Positions 20,292 through 29,359 of a stretch of DNA of 64,000 nt are shown here, piece after piece (position 1 is the stretch's first letter; every line of letters starts with the position of its first letter). Origin of the DNA: Candidatus Bathyarchaeota archaeon (GTDB lineage: Archaea > Thermoproteota > Bathyarchaeia > Bathyarchaeales > Bathycorpusculaceae). Made by a program: the position numbers and the translations under genes. The notes below the pieces were generated by a model. It was not told where the DNA came from. It saw nothing but the letters and a program-made list of their open reading frames with translations, and did no database searches. The stretch covers positions 1,760,001-1,824,000 of the forward strand of contig OY969706.1 of NCBI GenBank assembly GCA_963702095.1, written 5' to 3'.

Positions 20292-21329
20292 ATGAACAGC
20301 CAAGACTACCAACCTAAACCATATACTTACACGCCCATTATTACAACCGTAGTTATGCCGCTTCTGATTTTTGGACGAGGCAAAAAGAAGGACGCAGCCC
20401 AAGCCCAAGCGCAGCAACCCGACGCTGAGCAGGCGCCCCCGCCGAAGCCTAAACCCAAAAAACACACAGGACTCACCGTACAAAAATACGAAATCACCGA
20501 AGACAAACTCGAATTTTCGGCGTTGAAAGGGCTTTTCAAAAAAAGCTGGGGTGTAATCAAAGAATTCCCCTTAAACGAAATCTCTGCGGTTGAGTTTGAG
20601 GGCAACTGGCTGAGCCTAACATGGAAAGATGAAAACCAACAGTTTATGCTAAAAAAGAAAACTGACTCCTTCGCCAAACTCAACGAGGAGCTACAGGCGA
20701 AAATCGAGGAGCAACACCAAAACCAACTCAAAGCTGAACGTGCTGCCCTGCAAAGGAGCGAGCTCTTAGCCGCTGTGAACACGTTTTTGCCGGCGGTGGA
20801 TGCTTCGTTTGATGTTTTGATGGGGTTGCATGAGAAAAGAGTAAACTGGACCCTGCTTGAAAGCTATGTCCAGCCTTTAGGTGGCACTTTGAGTTTCAAA
20901 GCGCAAACGCTCCTCCCGCTGGAGCTGGATTTCACAAAAGTAGCGGCTGCCATAAAAACCGAGGCACCCAACGTCGCCTCCAAAGAAGCATTCGCAGTGC
21001 TTAAGGCGATTCACAGCTATTTTATAGCGCAAAAACCCGAGGAGGATTCGGCGGATGCCGTAGCCAATTTTGAGCAGGTTAAAGAGTTGATTTTGGCTTA
21101 TTATACACTCAATGATTTGATGTTTGCGCAGGTCATTGAAGAAAAGGATAATGCAAAAGAATCAGCGGCGTTTGAGACTGTGTTAGCGGATTTGGCAGCT
21201 CAAACCAACTTTAAACTTGCCGCAGATGGGTTCAAGGAGAGTTTCGAGGCGTTGGGTGTTAATGAGGAGCGGGGCGAGGCTGTTTTGGATGCTCGGTTGC
21301 TGTTTAGGACCCAGTTGAAGCAGCTTTAG
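20292..21329 (+). CDS. Hypothetical protein (possible N-terminal PH-like domain, helical C-terminus)
   Basis: 345-aa ORF; true start may be ATG 20355. Confidence 0.7.
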   Translation: MNSQDYQPKPYTYTPIITTVVMPLLIFGRGKKKDAAQAQAQQPDAEQAPPPKPKPKKHTGLTVQKYEITEDKLEFSALKGLFKKSWGVIKEFPLNEISAVEFEGNWLSLTWKDENQQFMLKKKTDSFAKLNEELQAKIEEQHQNQLKAERAALQRSELLAAVNTFLPAVDASFDVLMGLHEKRVNWTLLESYVQPLGGTLSFKAQTLLPLELDFTKVAAAIKTEAPNVASKEAFAVLKAIHSYFIAQKPEEDSADAVANFEQVKELILAYYTLNDLMFAQVIEEKDNAKESAAFETVLADLAAQTNFKLAADGFKESFEALGVNEERGEAVLDARLLFRTQLKQL

Positions 21330-21441
21330 GCTTGTGGTTTTTGCTTTTGTGCGGTGAGGGCTTTTTTTGTTGTTTTCTGGGTAACCTTTAAGAGTATGCC
21401 GCGTGGCATATACTAGTTGTCCCCTAACAGGAGGACCAAAA

Positions 21442-22218
21442 ACGAAAAACAAAACAATCATAACAACCCTCATTCTAACAATCCTACCCCTCCTCCTAAT
21501 AACCACCCCCCAAACCGCATCTGCCACACCCTGGGATATTCAACTAACCGACGCCACTGGAGCAACAACCATAACCCTCACCTACGCCAACCTCACTGCC
21601 CTGCCCCAAACCACCGTCTTCGCAGACCTCCGATGCTACGGCTCTCCCGTAACCAGCGGAAACTGGGTCGGCGTCCAACTCTCACAAATCCTAAACCAAG
21701 TGGGATATGACTCCAATGTGGGTTCAGTTGATTTTAAAGCCCAAGATGGCTATAAAGTCAGTTTGTCACTCGACACTGCCCTGCTACCAGATGTGATTAT
21801 CGCTTACGAAAAAGACGGGGCGTTACTAGGCGAGACCTACCGATTGGTTGTTCCAATGGCAAACGGCAACGTCTGGATATCGATGATCACAAGCATTAGT
21901 TTAAGCAATACTGTAATAACGTCAAGTTTATCCTCAAACTCTATGCCTCCGACAGAGCCCTCATGGATAACGGGGCAAACCGATCAACCTACGCCGACAC
22001 CACAAGCCTCCACTCCCAGCCCCAGCGCCGCCCCCACAGAGACTCCCCAATCAACTCCTTTGCCCTCAAATGACGTTACTCAAACCCCACCGTCTCAGCC
22101 TAACGATCCAGCTACATTGAGTTTTCCCTATGCAACCGTCATTGCAGTAGTGTTGGTTTTTGTGTTTGCTGCAGCTGCGGGTTTTGTGGTTTATCATCGC
22201 AGAAGAAGCACCGCTTAA
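21442..22218 (+). CDS. Secreted, C-terminally anchored sulfite-oxidase-fold molybdopterin protein (apparent ACG start)
   Basis: LRCYG..WVGVQL..DGY..RLVVP..WI motifs, Pro/Thr linker, TM plus basic tail. AGGAGG lies 7 nt before ACG, giving signal peptide MKNKTIITTLIL. Confidence 0.8.
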   Translation, partial: TKNKTIITTLILTILPLLLITTPQTASATPWDIQLTDATGATTITLTYANLTALPQTTVFADLRCYGSPVTSGNWVGVQLSQILNQVGYDSNVGSVDFKAQDGYKVSLSLDTALLPDVIIAYEKDGALLGETYRLVVPMANGNVWISMITSISLSNTVITSSLSSNSMPPTEPSWITGQTDQPTPTPQASTPSPSAAPTETPQSTPLPSNDVTQTPPSQPNDPATLSFPYATVIAVVLVFVFAAAAGFVVYHRRRSTA

Positions 22219-22368
22219 TCACTTTCATTCCCCCTTTTCTGTTGTTTTTTTGTTGTACAGAATTTTCAATAAATATGTAAACGCTGTTGCTTTGATACTG
22301 CTTGGGGATTCGCTAACATTATATACATAACCGCCCAATTGGGTAGTCAGACAGTGGGGGATTAATAA

Positions 22369-22929
22369 ACGTCAAAGAATCCGCAACAAAAAGATGAAGC
22401 ACTGGAAGCCTTAGACTTCATCGTTAATGTTTTAAAAGAGCATGAACGGGACTTAGACAAGCTTATCAGCGAGTTAGCCACTGTTACTGAACAGATGGGT
22501 GACACCGGCGAGTTAACCGGCAAAGTGGAGAAGGTTGAAGAAAAAATCGGCAATCTCCAAAAAGAAGTTACGAATCTGGTCGGTTACATGTCAGGCATGC
22601 CTAAAGAAGCCGCAGCCATTGCAGTTAAAGAACAGTCAGCACAGGCTCAGGTAGCAACTGCACCTGCGGTTGCACATGGGGGACCATCGGTGGTTGTTAG
22701 GTGTCAGCAATGGCAGGACTTCCAATCTATGGCAATGGGGGCTCAGACAATTTCGTTTAGCTACAAAGAAGAAGAAAAGTTGTTCCAAGCAGACGCGCTT
22801 AGGGGCAACCAAATCATAACTTACAAGGGTCCCTTGCCCAACTTGACATTGGTTCTTAAAGCGTTTTTGTCTAAGGAACTCGGCGTTTCTGAACGCAGCA
22901 TTCTCGAAGGCGCCTTAGCCATCAGCTAA
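22369..22929 (+). CDS. Hypothetical coiled-coil protein, 186 aa (apparent ACG start)
   Basis: Frame is open 42 codons upstream of the track ATG (SKNPQQKDEALEALDFIVNVLKEHERDLDKLISEL) back to TAA TAA ACG; GTGGGGG upstream. Confidence 0.75.
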   Translation, partial: TSKNPQQKDEALEALDFIVNVLKEHERDLDKLISELATVTEQMGDTGELTGKVEKVEEKIGNLQKEVTNLVGYMSGMPKEAAAIAVKEQSAQAQVATAPAVAHGGPSVVVRCQQWQDFQSMAMGAQTISFSYKEEEKLFQADALRGNQIITYKGPLPNLTLVLKAFLSKELGVSERSILEGALAIS

Positions 22930-23019
22930 TCTTGTTGCTGAGGCTAAATCCACATTTTTAATATTGATTACGATTTCATAAGCCATATAACCCTTTTGCG
23001 ACATCTTTAGTATCAGTGA

Positions 23020-23152
23020 TTGGAGGGATTGGTTAAGGTTGAAGGCTAAGCCAATAGCCAACTCAAACCTTTTCCGTTTTCGAAGCCTTCTCCTTTCTCC
23101 TCGAACGACGGATGGCTAAGTGGCCCAACCAACACACTTAACCACCCTCCAA
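23020..23152 (+). ncRNA. Candidate structured small RNA
   Basis: TTGGAGGG(AT)TGGTTAAG pairs with CTTAACCACCCTCCAA; inner TCCGTTTTCGA/TCGAACGACGGA stem; TATAA at ~22986. Confidence 0.45.
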
Positions 23153-23192
23153 AACACCTACTTCCTTAATCAAGTTTTACTTAGATATCCCT

Positions 23193-23257
23193 TCTCTCTT
23201 TATGTGGGTGTGGCGGTTTATGGGGTGCCACAAGATGCCAAAAGAGGGCGGTTGCTT
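23193..23257 (-). repeat. Family B partial copy B4 (3' part)
   Basis: About 35 nt identical to B1 (AAGCAACCGCCCTCTTTTGGCATCTTGTGGCACCC), followed by AAACCGCCAC..CACATAAAGAGAGA. Confidence 0.85.
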
Positions 23258-23439
23258 CTTTAATTTCAATAACGGAGATTTTTGGACAAAATTGCCTATG
23301 CTTTTACTGTAGGTGCATGCCGATTTCCACCATGAGTTCTGGTGTCAGCATGCCCTGTGCGAGCATGATTCCGCCTGCCGAGTTGAGTACAATTGTTTTG
23401 TCTGGAAAAGGTTTATCTCATTGCATGTCGTTTTCTTGG

Positions 23440-23524
23440 GAACTGCAGGCGGATACACTCGTCCGCTGGGATGTGGTCCCCTCGGGGACTGAACCGCAAA
23501 CAAAACAGTCAAAAGTGAAAAGCA
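23440..23524 (+). promoter_or_regulatory. Structured 5' leader of rpl15e
   Basis: BRE/TATA-like GAAAAGGTTTATC at ~23405-23417, then hairpins GCGGA..TCCGC and GTCCCC-TC-GGGGAC. Confidence 0.5.
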
Positions 23525-24151
23525 ATGGCATACAAATACATGGCCGACGAATGGGCTCAGCCCGAAAAAAGCTTCGTCGAAGAACTTAATCGCCAACGCC
23601 TAGTGCAATGGCGTAAACAACCAAGCACCCTTAGAGTAGAAGGCCCAACCCGGCTTGACCGAGCGCGTAAACTGGGCTACAAAGCCAAACAGGGCTTCGT
23701 AGTTGCACGCACAAAGGTCCGCAGAGGCGGATTGCGTAAGCTCAGACCAAGATCCGGTAGACGCCCCAAACGTATGGGTGTTGCTAAATTCAAACCTGGA
23801 AAATCAATCCGCTTAATTGCGGAAGAACGAACCGCCAAACATTTCCCCAATCTAGAAGTCCTAAACAGTTACTGGGTCGGAGAAGACGGCAGACACAAGT
23901 GGTTCGAAGTTATCCTCGTTGACCCCAACGCGCCAACCATCAAAACAGACAAAGACATCGGTTGGATCACCGAGAAACAGCATACAAACCGCGTTTTCCG
24001 CAGCATGACCAGTGCGGGCAAAAACGTGCGTGGCTTACATCACCGCGGCGCAGGCGCAGAGAAAGCGCGTCCAAGTCACCGCAGAGGAGCCAAAAAACAC
24101 AGCGGCGTAAAACGTCAACGCAAAGGAGATGGACCATATGCACCAAGTTAA
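23525..24151 (+). CDS. rpl15e: 50S ribosomal protein L15e
   Basis: PTRLDRARKLGYKAKQG and LEVLNSYWVGEDGRHKWFEVILVD motifs. Confidence 0.97.
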   Translation: MAYKYMADEWAQPEKSFVEELNRQRLVQWRKQPSTLRVEGPTRLDRARKLGYKAKQGFVVARTKVRRGGLRKLRPRSGRRPKRMGVAKFKPGKSIRLIAEERTAKHFPNLEVLNSYWVGEDGRHKWFEVILVDPNAPTIKTDKDIGWITEKQHTNRVFRSMTSAGKNVRGLHHRGAGAEKARPSHRRGAKKHSGVKRQRKGDGPYAPS

Positions 24152-24338
24152 ACCCACCGTATATCGCCCGAGAGGTAAAGAGAAACGGGGCAAGGGTTTT
24201 AGCCCCAATGAACTCAAAGCAGCAGGCATAAGCAGACAACAAGCACGCCAAGCAGGATTGCCGGTTGATGTGCGCCGTAAAACCAGCCACGACGAAAACG
24301 TGGAAGCAATTAAAGCGCATACCAAACCAAAAGCCTAA
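24138..24338 (+). CDS. rpl13e: 50S ribosomal protein L13e (short archaeal form)
   Basis: RGKGFSPNELKAAG..GLPVDVRRKT..ENVE. Confidence 0.9.
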   Translation: MHQVKPTVYRPRGKEKRGKGFSPNELKAAGISRQQARQAGLPVDVRRKTSHDENVEAIKAHTKPKA

Positions 24339-24371
24339 AAACACTGGACGCATAAGACACAATCGACAACT

Positions 24372-24818
24372 ATGTCTTCCAACTTTCCAATAGGCTACAT
24401 CGATGTCCGCGTATTCGCTCATGCAACTGAGGATATGCAGAAGGTCGAGGCAGCCACCAAAAATCTTTTTCCTCTTTCTCTTTCAGAAACCCTGGTTTTC
24501 CAAAAAACCGCGTTATCGGGACACCATTCGAACCCTATCATTCTCCTCACAACCCAGTTAACTGACCGCAAACTTTTACTCTCTGCGTTACAGAAACTCG
24601 GCACAGACCTCTCCGTATTAGACAAGGAACAGCTTGACGCGGACATAAAATTGCATCTTGAAAAGGGTAACCTTTACCTGCGTTTCGATAAGCAAGCCGC
24701 CTATTTGGGCACAGTCAAACTCACACAGAACGACCCAATCCACGTCAAAATCCACTTCAAAAACAAAAACGCTCAGGAAATAGTTGATTTGGCTAAACAG
24801 TCTGGGTTACTGCCATGA
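24372..24818 (+). CDS. RNA-binding protein of the exosome/RNase P superoperon (COG1325-like)
   Basis: HATED, GHHSNPI and LYLRFDKQAAY motifs. Confidence 0.88.
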   Translation: MSSNFPIGYIDVRVFAHATEDMQKVEAATKNLFPLSLSETLVFQKTALSGHHSNPIILLTTQLTDRKLLLSALQKLGTDLSVLDKEQLDADIKLHLEKGNLYLRFDKQAAYLGTVKLTQNDPIHVKIHFKNKNAQEIVDLAKQSGLLP

Positions 24819-25549
24819 AACGCGTCTTTGCAGACCTTCACCTTAAATTTAACCCCAAGGATACAGCGGCAACACAGCAAGCCATCGAGAAGGCAGCACG
24901 GTTCGGATACGAACGGGTTGGTTTTGCGTTTTCTTTTGGGCTGCAAGACGCTGAAGTAGCGGCGCTCAAAGCTGCCTGCGCCAATTTGGGGCTTGACTTG
25001 GTTTTGCGTGCGGATTTTAAGCCTCGCAATCAAGAAGACCTCATGCGTTTCTTGCGCAAATACCGGCGCAAACTCGAAGTCATCTGTATCCTCTGCGACG
25101 ACAAAGAAATCAGCCGCCAAGCCGCCAAAGACCGCCGCGTTGACCTACTCGACTTCACCTCATTGGATTATCATAAACGCTTCTTTGACCGCGCGGAAGC
25201 CGAACTTGCCAGTTGCAGCCAAACCGCTTTGGAAATTGATGTTAAACCGCTTCTTGTCCTTGAAGGTCCAAGCCGCGTCCGTCTGCTCACAAGTCTGCGC
25301 CGTGAGGTTACATTGGCTAAAGAGTTTCATGTGCCCATTGTCCTATCCAGCGGCGTCGCTGAGAACCGCTTAATGCGTATGCCTCATGACTTGGCAAGTT
25401 TGGGGTTACTTTTGGGTTTGAACGAGGCTGAAACGTTGGATGCAGTTTCAACTAATCCCTCGTCGATGGTTATGCGTAACCGCCTAAAATTAGGCTCAGC
25501 TTTTGTTGCCCCGGGCATTACTGTAATCAAGGAGGGCAAGGCACAGTGA
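24815..25549 (+). CDS. rnp3: RNase P protein Rpp30
   Basis: ADLH, RVDLL and PIVLSSG motifs; operon context. Confidence 0.88.
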   Translation: MKRVFADLHLKFNPKDTAATQQAIEKAARFGYERVGFAFSFGLQDAEVAALKAACANLGLDLVLRADFKPRNQEDLMRFLRKYRRKLEVICILCDDKEISRQAAKDRRVDLLDFTSLDYHKRFFDRAEAELASCSQTALEIDVKPLLVLEGPSRVRLLTSLRREVTLAKEFHVPIVLSSGVAENRLMRMPHDLASLGLLLGLNEAETLDAVSTNPSSMVMRNRLKLGSAFVAPGITVIKEGKAQ

Positions 25550-25857
25550 AGCGTGTTAAGAGGCGTTATTTGGCGGTGCAGCTGGAACGTGACCGTTTGC
25601 CAAGCGAACGGGAGTTGATGGATGCCATCTGGGGTTCTCTTTCACGGTTGTTTGGTGAGGTGGGGGCAAGTCAGGCGAGTTTGGCGTTGATTAGTTTTGA
25701 TGTTGAACGTAAGGTTGCTGTGGTGCGGACTTCGCTTGTGTGTTTGCCGTCTTTTAGGGCGTCTTTGGCTGCGGTTACGTCTGTTGGTGGGGTGGAGGCT
25801 TCGCTGCATGTTTTGGCTGTTTCGGGAACGTTGAAGGCTCTGTTTTCAAATTTCTAA
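25546..25857 (+). CDS. rnp2: RNase P protein Pop5/Rpp14
   Basis: KRRYL, LFGEVG and VSGTLKAL motifs. Confidence 0.9.
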   Translation: MKRVKRRYLAVQLERDRLPSERELMDAIWGSLSRLFGEVGASQASLALISFDVERKVAVVRTSLVCLPSFRASLAAVTSVGGVEASLHVLAVSGTLKALFSNF

Positions 25858-26028
25858 TGTAAAGTTTTTCTTTACTTTGTGACAAAACAAACGGGAGTTA
25901 AGTCAGTGTATTATTGGACAAACTATTAGAAGTTATGCAGAAATATTTATCAACCCGTAGATAAGCGTTAATTAACGTTACAAATATGCGTTGGGAGAAA
26001 CGCAAAACCAGACCGAGAAGAGCGTAAA

Positions 26029-27261
26029 ATGGACATAAAAGATTACTTCTTCAAAATGCCCTCCCTAAAAACGGAGCCAATAATAGACGACACCACCCTC
26101 CGAGACGGCATCCAAATGCCCGGCCTAGCCGCAAGCTCAAAAGACGCCCAAAAAATCGCCCAGCTACTCTGCGACATAGGCGTAGAACGCATCGAAATGT
26201 TCCACTATCAAGAACCAGACAAACGAGCCGCCAAACTCATCTTAAACAACAAACTAGACATGCGCATCGCCGGATGGTGCCGAGCCGTCAAAGAAGACAT
26301 CGACAGCGCCGTAGCATGCGGGTTCAAAGAAGTCGGCATCTCACACCCAGTTTCATTCATCCATTTCAAGGCTAAATGGCCTGAAAAAACAAACGAGCAA
26401 ATCCTCGTCAACGTCGTCGAAGTCACAGAGTACGCAGCTAAAAACTGCGGCTTACGCACATTTGTGCACGGCGAAGACAGCACACGCGCCGACTGGGAGT
26501 TCGAACGCAAATTCATCAACGCCATCGCAGACGCAGGCGCAGAATGCTACCGAATATGCGACACCGTCGGCATCGGTTTACCAGACATAAATGCGCCACT
26601 GCCCAACGGCATCCCCGCCAAAGTCTTGGCAATCAAAAAAGAAACCAAAATCCCCTCCATCGAAATCCACGCGCATGACGACTTCGGCAACGCAGTCGGC
26701 AACACCATGGCGGCGATACAGGCAGCTGACGGCTTATACGACAAAGTCTACGCCAGCACAACACTTTTAGGCATCGGTGAACGCGCAGGCAACGCGGAGA
26801 CAGAAAAAATCATGCTCAACCTGTATTTGCAGCGGGGCGTCAAAAAGTTTGAGGGCAAAACCGAAAAACTCAAAGCCACCGCAGACTTCATTGGCAAAGC
26901 CACCGGTTTCGTGGTGCCGCCTAACAAAGCCATCGTCGGCGACTACGGGTTTGCGCATGAAAGCGGCATTCACACCCACGGCGTCCTAAACGACCCCTGG
27001 ACCTACGAACCCTACCCGCCTGAACTGGTCGGCAACACACGGCGCCTAACCGTTGGCAAACAATCGGGCAAAGGCATCATTAAACATAAAATCAAAGAAC
27101 TCAGCGGCAACGTACCAGACGACGCCACGGTCGCCACTGTTTTGGAAACTGTTAAAGACATCTATGCAGGCGGACGCAGAGCATCGCTTAAAGAGGACGA
27201 ATTCAGGAAAATCCTGCGTATACTAAAAATATTGCCTGAAAACGCCAACGGACACTGCTAA
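26029..27261 (+). CDS. DRE-TIM acyltransferase (homocitrate/isopropylmalate synthase family, Re-citrate-synthase-like)
   Basis: DTTLRDG, HAHDDFG, GIGERAGNA and HESGIH motifs; no LeuA regulatory domain. Confidence 0.85.
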   Translation: MDIKDYFFKMPSLKTEPIIDDTTLRDGIQMPGLAASSKDAQKIAQLLCDIGVERIEMFHYQEPDKRAAKLILNNKLDMRIAGWCRAVKEDIDSAVACGFKEVGISHPVSFIHFKAKWPEKTNEQILVNVVEVTEYAAKNCGLRTFVHGEDSTRADWEFERKFINAIADAGAECYRICDTVGIGLPDINAPLPNGIPAKVLAIKKETKIPSIEIHAHDDFGNAVGNTMAAIQAADGLYDKVYASTTLLGIGERAGNAETEKIMLNLYLQRGVKKFEGKTEKLKATADFIGKATGFVVPPNKAIVGDYGFAHESGIHTHGVLNDPWTYEPYPPELVGNTRRLTVGKQSGKGIIKHKIKELSGNVPDDATVATVLETVKDIYAGGRRASLKEDEFRKILRILKILPENANGHC

Positions 27262-27366
27262 AACCAATCTTGTGCCCCGTCGCTACTCTTTTTCCTTATT
27301 AGAAGGAAATTTTTTTTCTCTAAGTTCGAAGGCTTTTCTTTTTACTTCTTAGCAGCTTGGGGGGCT

Positions 27367-27660
27367 CTAAACGCTTCGTGGGTTCCAAATACATTTTATC
27401 GCTTTTGAGTCGCAGGCTAAGACGCAGGGGGTTTGGTTGGTTTCGGGTTTGCATGCTTGGCAGGTGTAGCATATTTTTTTGCGGTGTTCCTCTTTGATGG
27501 CTGCGACGGTTTTGTCTTCTAAATCGATGAATTCGGTTTGAAGGTCGAAGGCATTTTGGGGGCATTCCTCAACGCATTTACCGCAGCCGCTGCAGCGGTC
27601 AGAGTCGACTACGATGTAGTATTCGCCTGAACCGTCACAGTAGCCATAATGCGTGATCAT
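27367..27660 (-). CDS. Ferredoxin, BzdM-like
   Basis: HYGYCDGSGEYYI N-terminus, CSGCGKCVEECP, and a second CxxC..CxxxC. Confidence 0.85.
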   Translation of the reverse strand: MITHYGYCDGSGEYYIVVDSDRCSGCGKCVEECPQNAFDLQTEFIDLEDKTVAAIKEEHRKKICYTCQACKPETNQTPCVLACDSKAIKCIWNPRSV

Positions 27661-27668
27661 GCCTTTCG

Positions 27669-28562
27669 CTATCCTTTCTGGGCTTTCTCGTAGAGTGCTT
27701 TACCGAATGCTGCTGCGCCCAGTGCGCCGGCAACCATGGGGTCTAAGCCGCCTTCACGCCATCTCGGCGAGGGCAGGGTTTTGACGCCTAGGATTACTTC
27801 GATGCGGCTGACGATGCCGATGTTTTTGGATTGCCCGCCAGTGATAACCAATTCTTTTTCGAGTCCGACGCGGTTTATGAGGTTAGCCATGCGTACCGCC
27901 ATAGCCCGTGTGTAGGCGGCGAGGACTTTCTCTTTTGTCCAGCCCTTACGCAAGAGTCCCATGGCTTCGGTTTTGGCGAAAGCGACGCAGGTGCAGCTGA
28001 CTGGGTCAGGTTCTTTCTCGACTTTAAGCGAGATATCGCCGATGTCCTCAATTGGAATTTGGAGTAAGTCGGCGAAGACTTCCATGCCTCTGCCTGTGCC
28101 AGCGGCGCATTTGTCGTTCATAAGGAAACTGACGACTCTGCCTGTTTCATCGATTTTTATGGCTTTAATGTCTTGTCCCCCTACGTCGAGGACTGTGCGG
28201 ACGCTGGGTCCCCATATGTAGTTGGCACCTTTTGCGTGGCAGGCGATTTCGGTGATGGCTTTGTTCGCCATAGGCACATTTACGCGTCCGTAGCCTGTGC
28301 CAACGATGAATTTGAGGTCGCTTACTTTGAGTCCTGTGTCCTGCAATGCGAAGCTGAGTGCTTTGTTAGCGCTTTCAGGGCTGTTGCTGCCTGTGCGGGT
28401 GATGCCCCAAGCGTAGGCTTGCCCGTTGACCATGATGGCTGCTTTGGAACCCACGGAGCCCACGTCAACGCCTGCAGTGATGAGGTCTTTGCCAGTCGGT
28501 TTGATGTTGGGCATTACTCGGTGGTACTCATTCCAACGCCAAAACTCATTTCCGTTGCTCAT
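27669..28562 (-). CDS. ATP-dependent activase subunit, BzdQ-like
   Basis: EFWRW N-terminus; GVDVGS, TGYGR, DVGGQD and MNDKCAAGTG motifs. Confidence 0.85.
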   Translation of the reverse strand: MSNGNEFWRWNEYHRVMPNIKPTGKDLITAGVDVGSVGSKAAIMVNGQAYAWGITRTGSNSPESANKALSFALQDTGLKVSDLKFIVGTGYGRVNVPMANKAITEIACHAKGANYIWGPSVRTVLDVGGQDIKAIKIDETGRVVSFLMNDKCAAGTGRGMEVFADLLQIPIEDIGDISLKVEKEPDPVSCTCVAFAKTEAMGLLRKGWTKEKVLAAYTRAMAVRMANLINRVGLEKELVITGGQSKNIGIVSRIEVILGVKTLPSPRWREGGLDPMVAGALGAAAFGKALYEKAQKG

Positions 28563-29345
28563 TTAGCTGCCTCCTTTGACGCGAGAAACTGCAATCAACG
28601 CAGCACCTAAAGCCCCAACATAGTCGGGGTATTCGGGGATAACGACGTTTAAGCCTATTTTGCGGTTGAGCGATGCCACGAAGCCGGGGTCTTTGGCGAC
28701 TCCTCCGACCAGCACCACTTCTGGGTTAATGCCTAAGCGGTGGATCATCGAGGAGACGCGGTCTGCCATGGCGTCGAAGACTGCGCGTGCGATTTCAGGT
28801 TTGCTTTCTTGTCGGTGAATAAGTGAGACCACATCGGATTCGCCGAAGATTACGCAGGACGCGTTGATTGGGCTTGCCCGCTCGGCTTTGAGCGACAAGG
28901 GACCCATGTCTTCCAATTTAACCTCAAGCGCCCTCGCCATGGCTTCAATGAAAGCGCCTGCACCCGCGGCACAGCGTTCGTTGACGACGAAGTCCATCAT
29001 GACTCCTCGCTCGCCAGTTTTTACTGCGCGGGCTTCCTCAGCGCCTATGTCTACGATTGTGCGTGCTTTGGGAACTAGAAAAACGGCTGCTTTAGCGTCT
29101 GCGCCCATCATGCTTACTGTGCTGTGTTCGTAGGGTGCCATTTCCATGGCGGAGCCTGTGGCGGCGAATTGGTTGACGTCTGATTGTTTGAGGTTTGCTG
29201 CGGCGAGGGCTTCGTTGACGGATTGCTCTGCTGCTTTGGTAGGGTCGAACCCTGAGAAGGCTTGTGCACGGGCGGCGACTGCACCGTCTTTTAACACGAC
29301 AACTTTGACTCTCTGAGTGCCCAAATCCATTCCAACGGTTATCAC
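28563..29345 (-). CDS. ATP-dependent activase subunit, BzdP/BcrD-like
   Basis: DIGAEE, NERCAAGAGAF and CVIFGESDVVSLIH motifs. Confidence 0.85.
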   Translation of the reverse strand: MITVGMDLGTQRVKVVVLKDGAVAARAQAFSGFDPTKAAEQSVNEALAAANLKQSDVNQFAATGSAMEMAPYEHSTVSMMGADAKAAVFLVPKARTIVDIGAEEARAVKTGERGVMMDFVVNERCAAGAGAFIEAMARALEVKLEDMGPLSLKAERASPINASCVIFGESDVVSLIHRQESKPEIARAVFDAMADRVSSMIHRLGINPEVVLVGGVAKDPGFVASLNRKIGLNVVIPEYPDYVGALGAALIAVSRVKGGS

Positions 29346-29359
29346 TACTTCATTTCACC

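Noticed and set aside
21403-21441. GTG start at 21403 for the molybdoprotein
   Set aside because: It lies upstream of the AGGAGG motif and adds an atypical 13-aa extension to the signal peptide; not fully excluded as a leaderless start.
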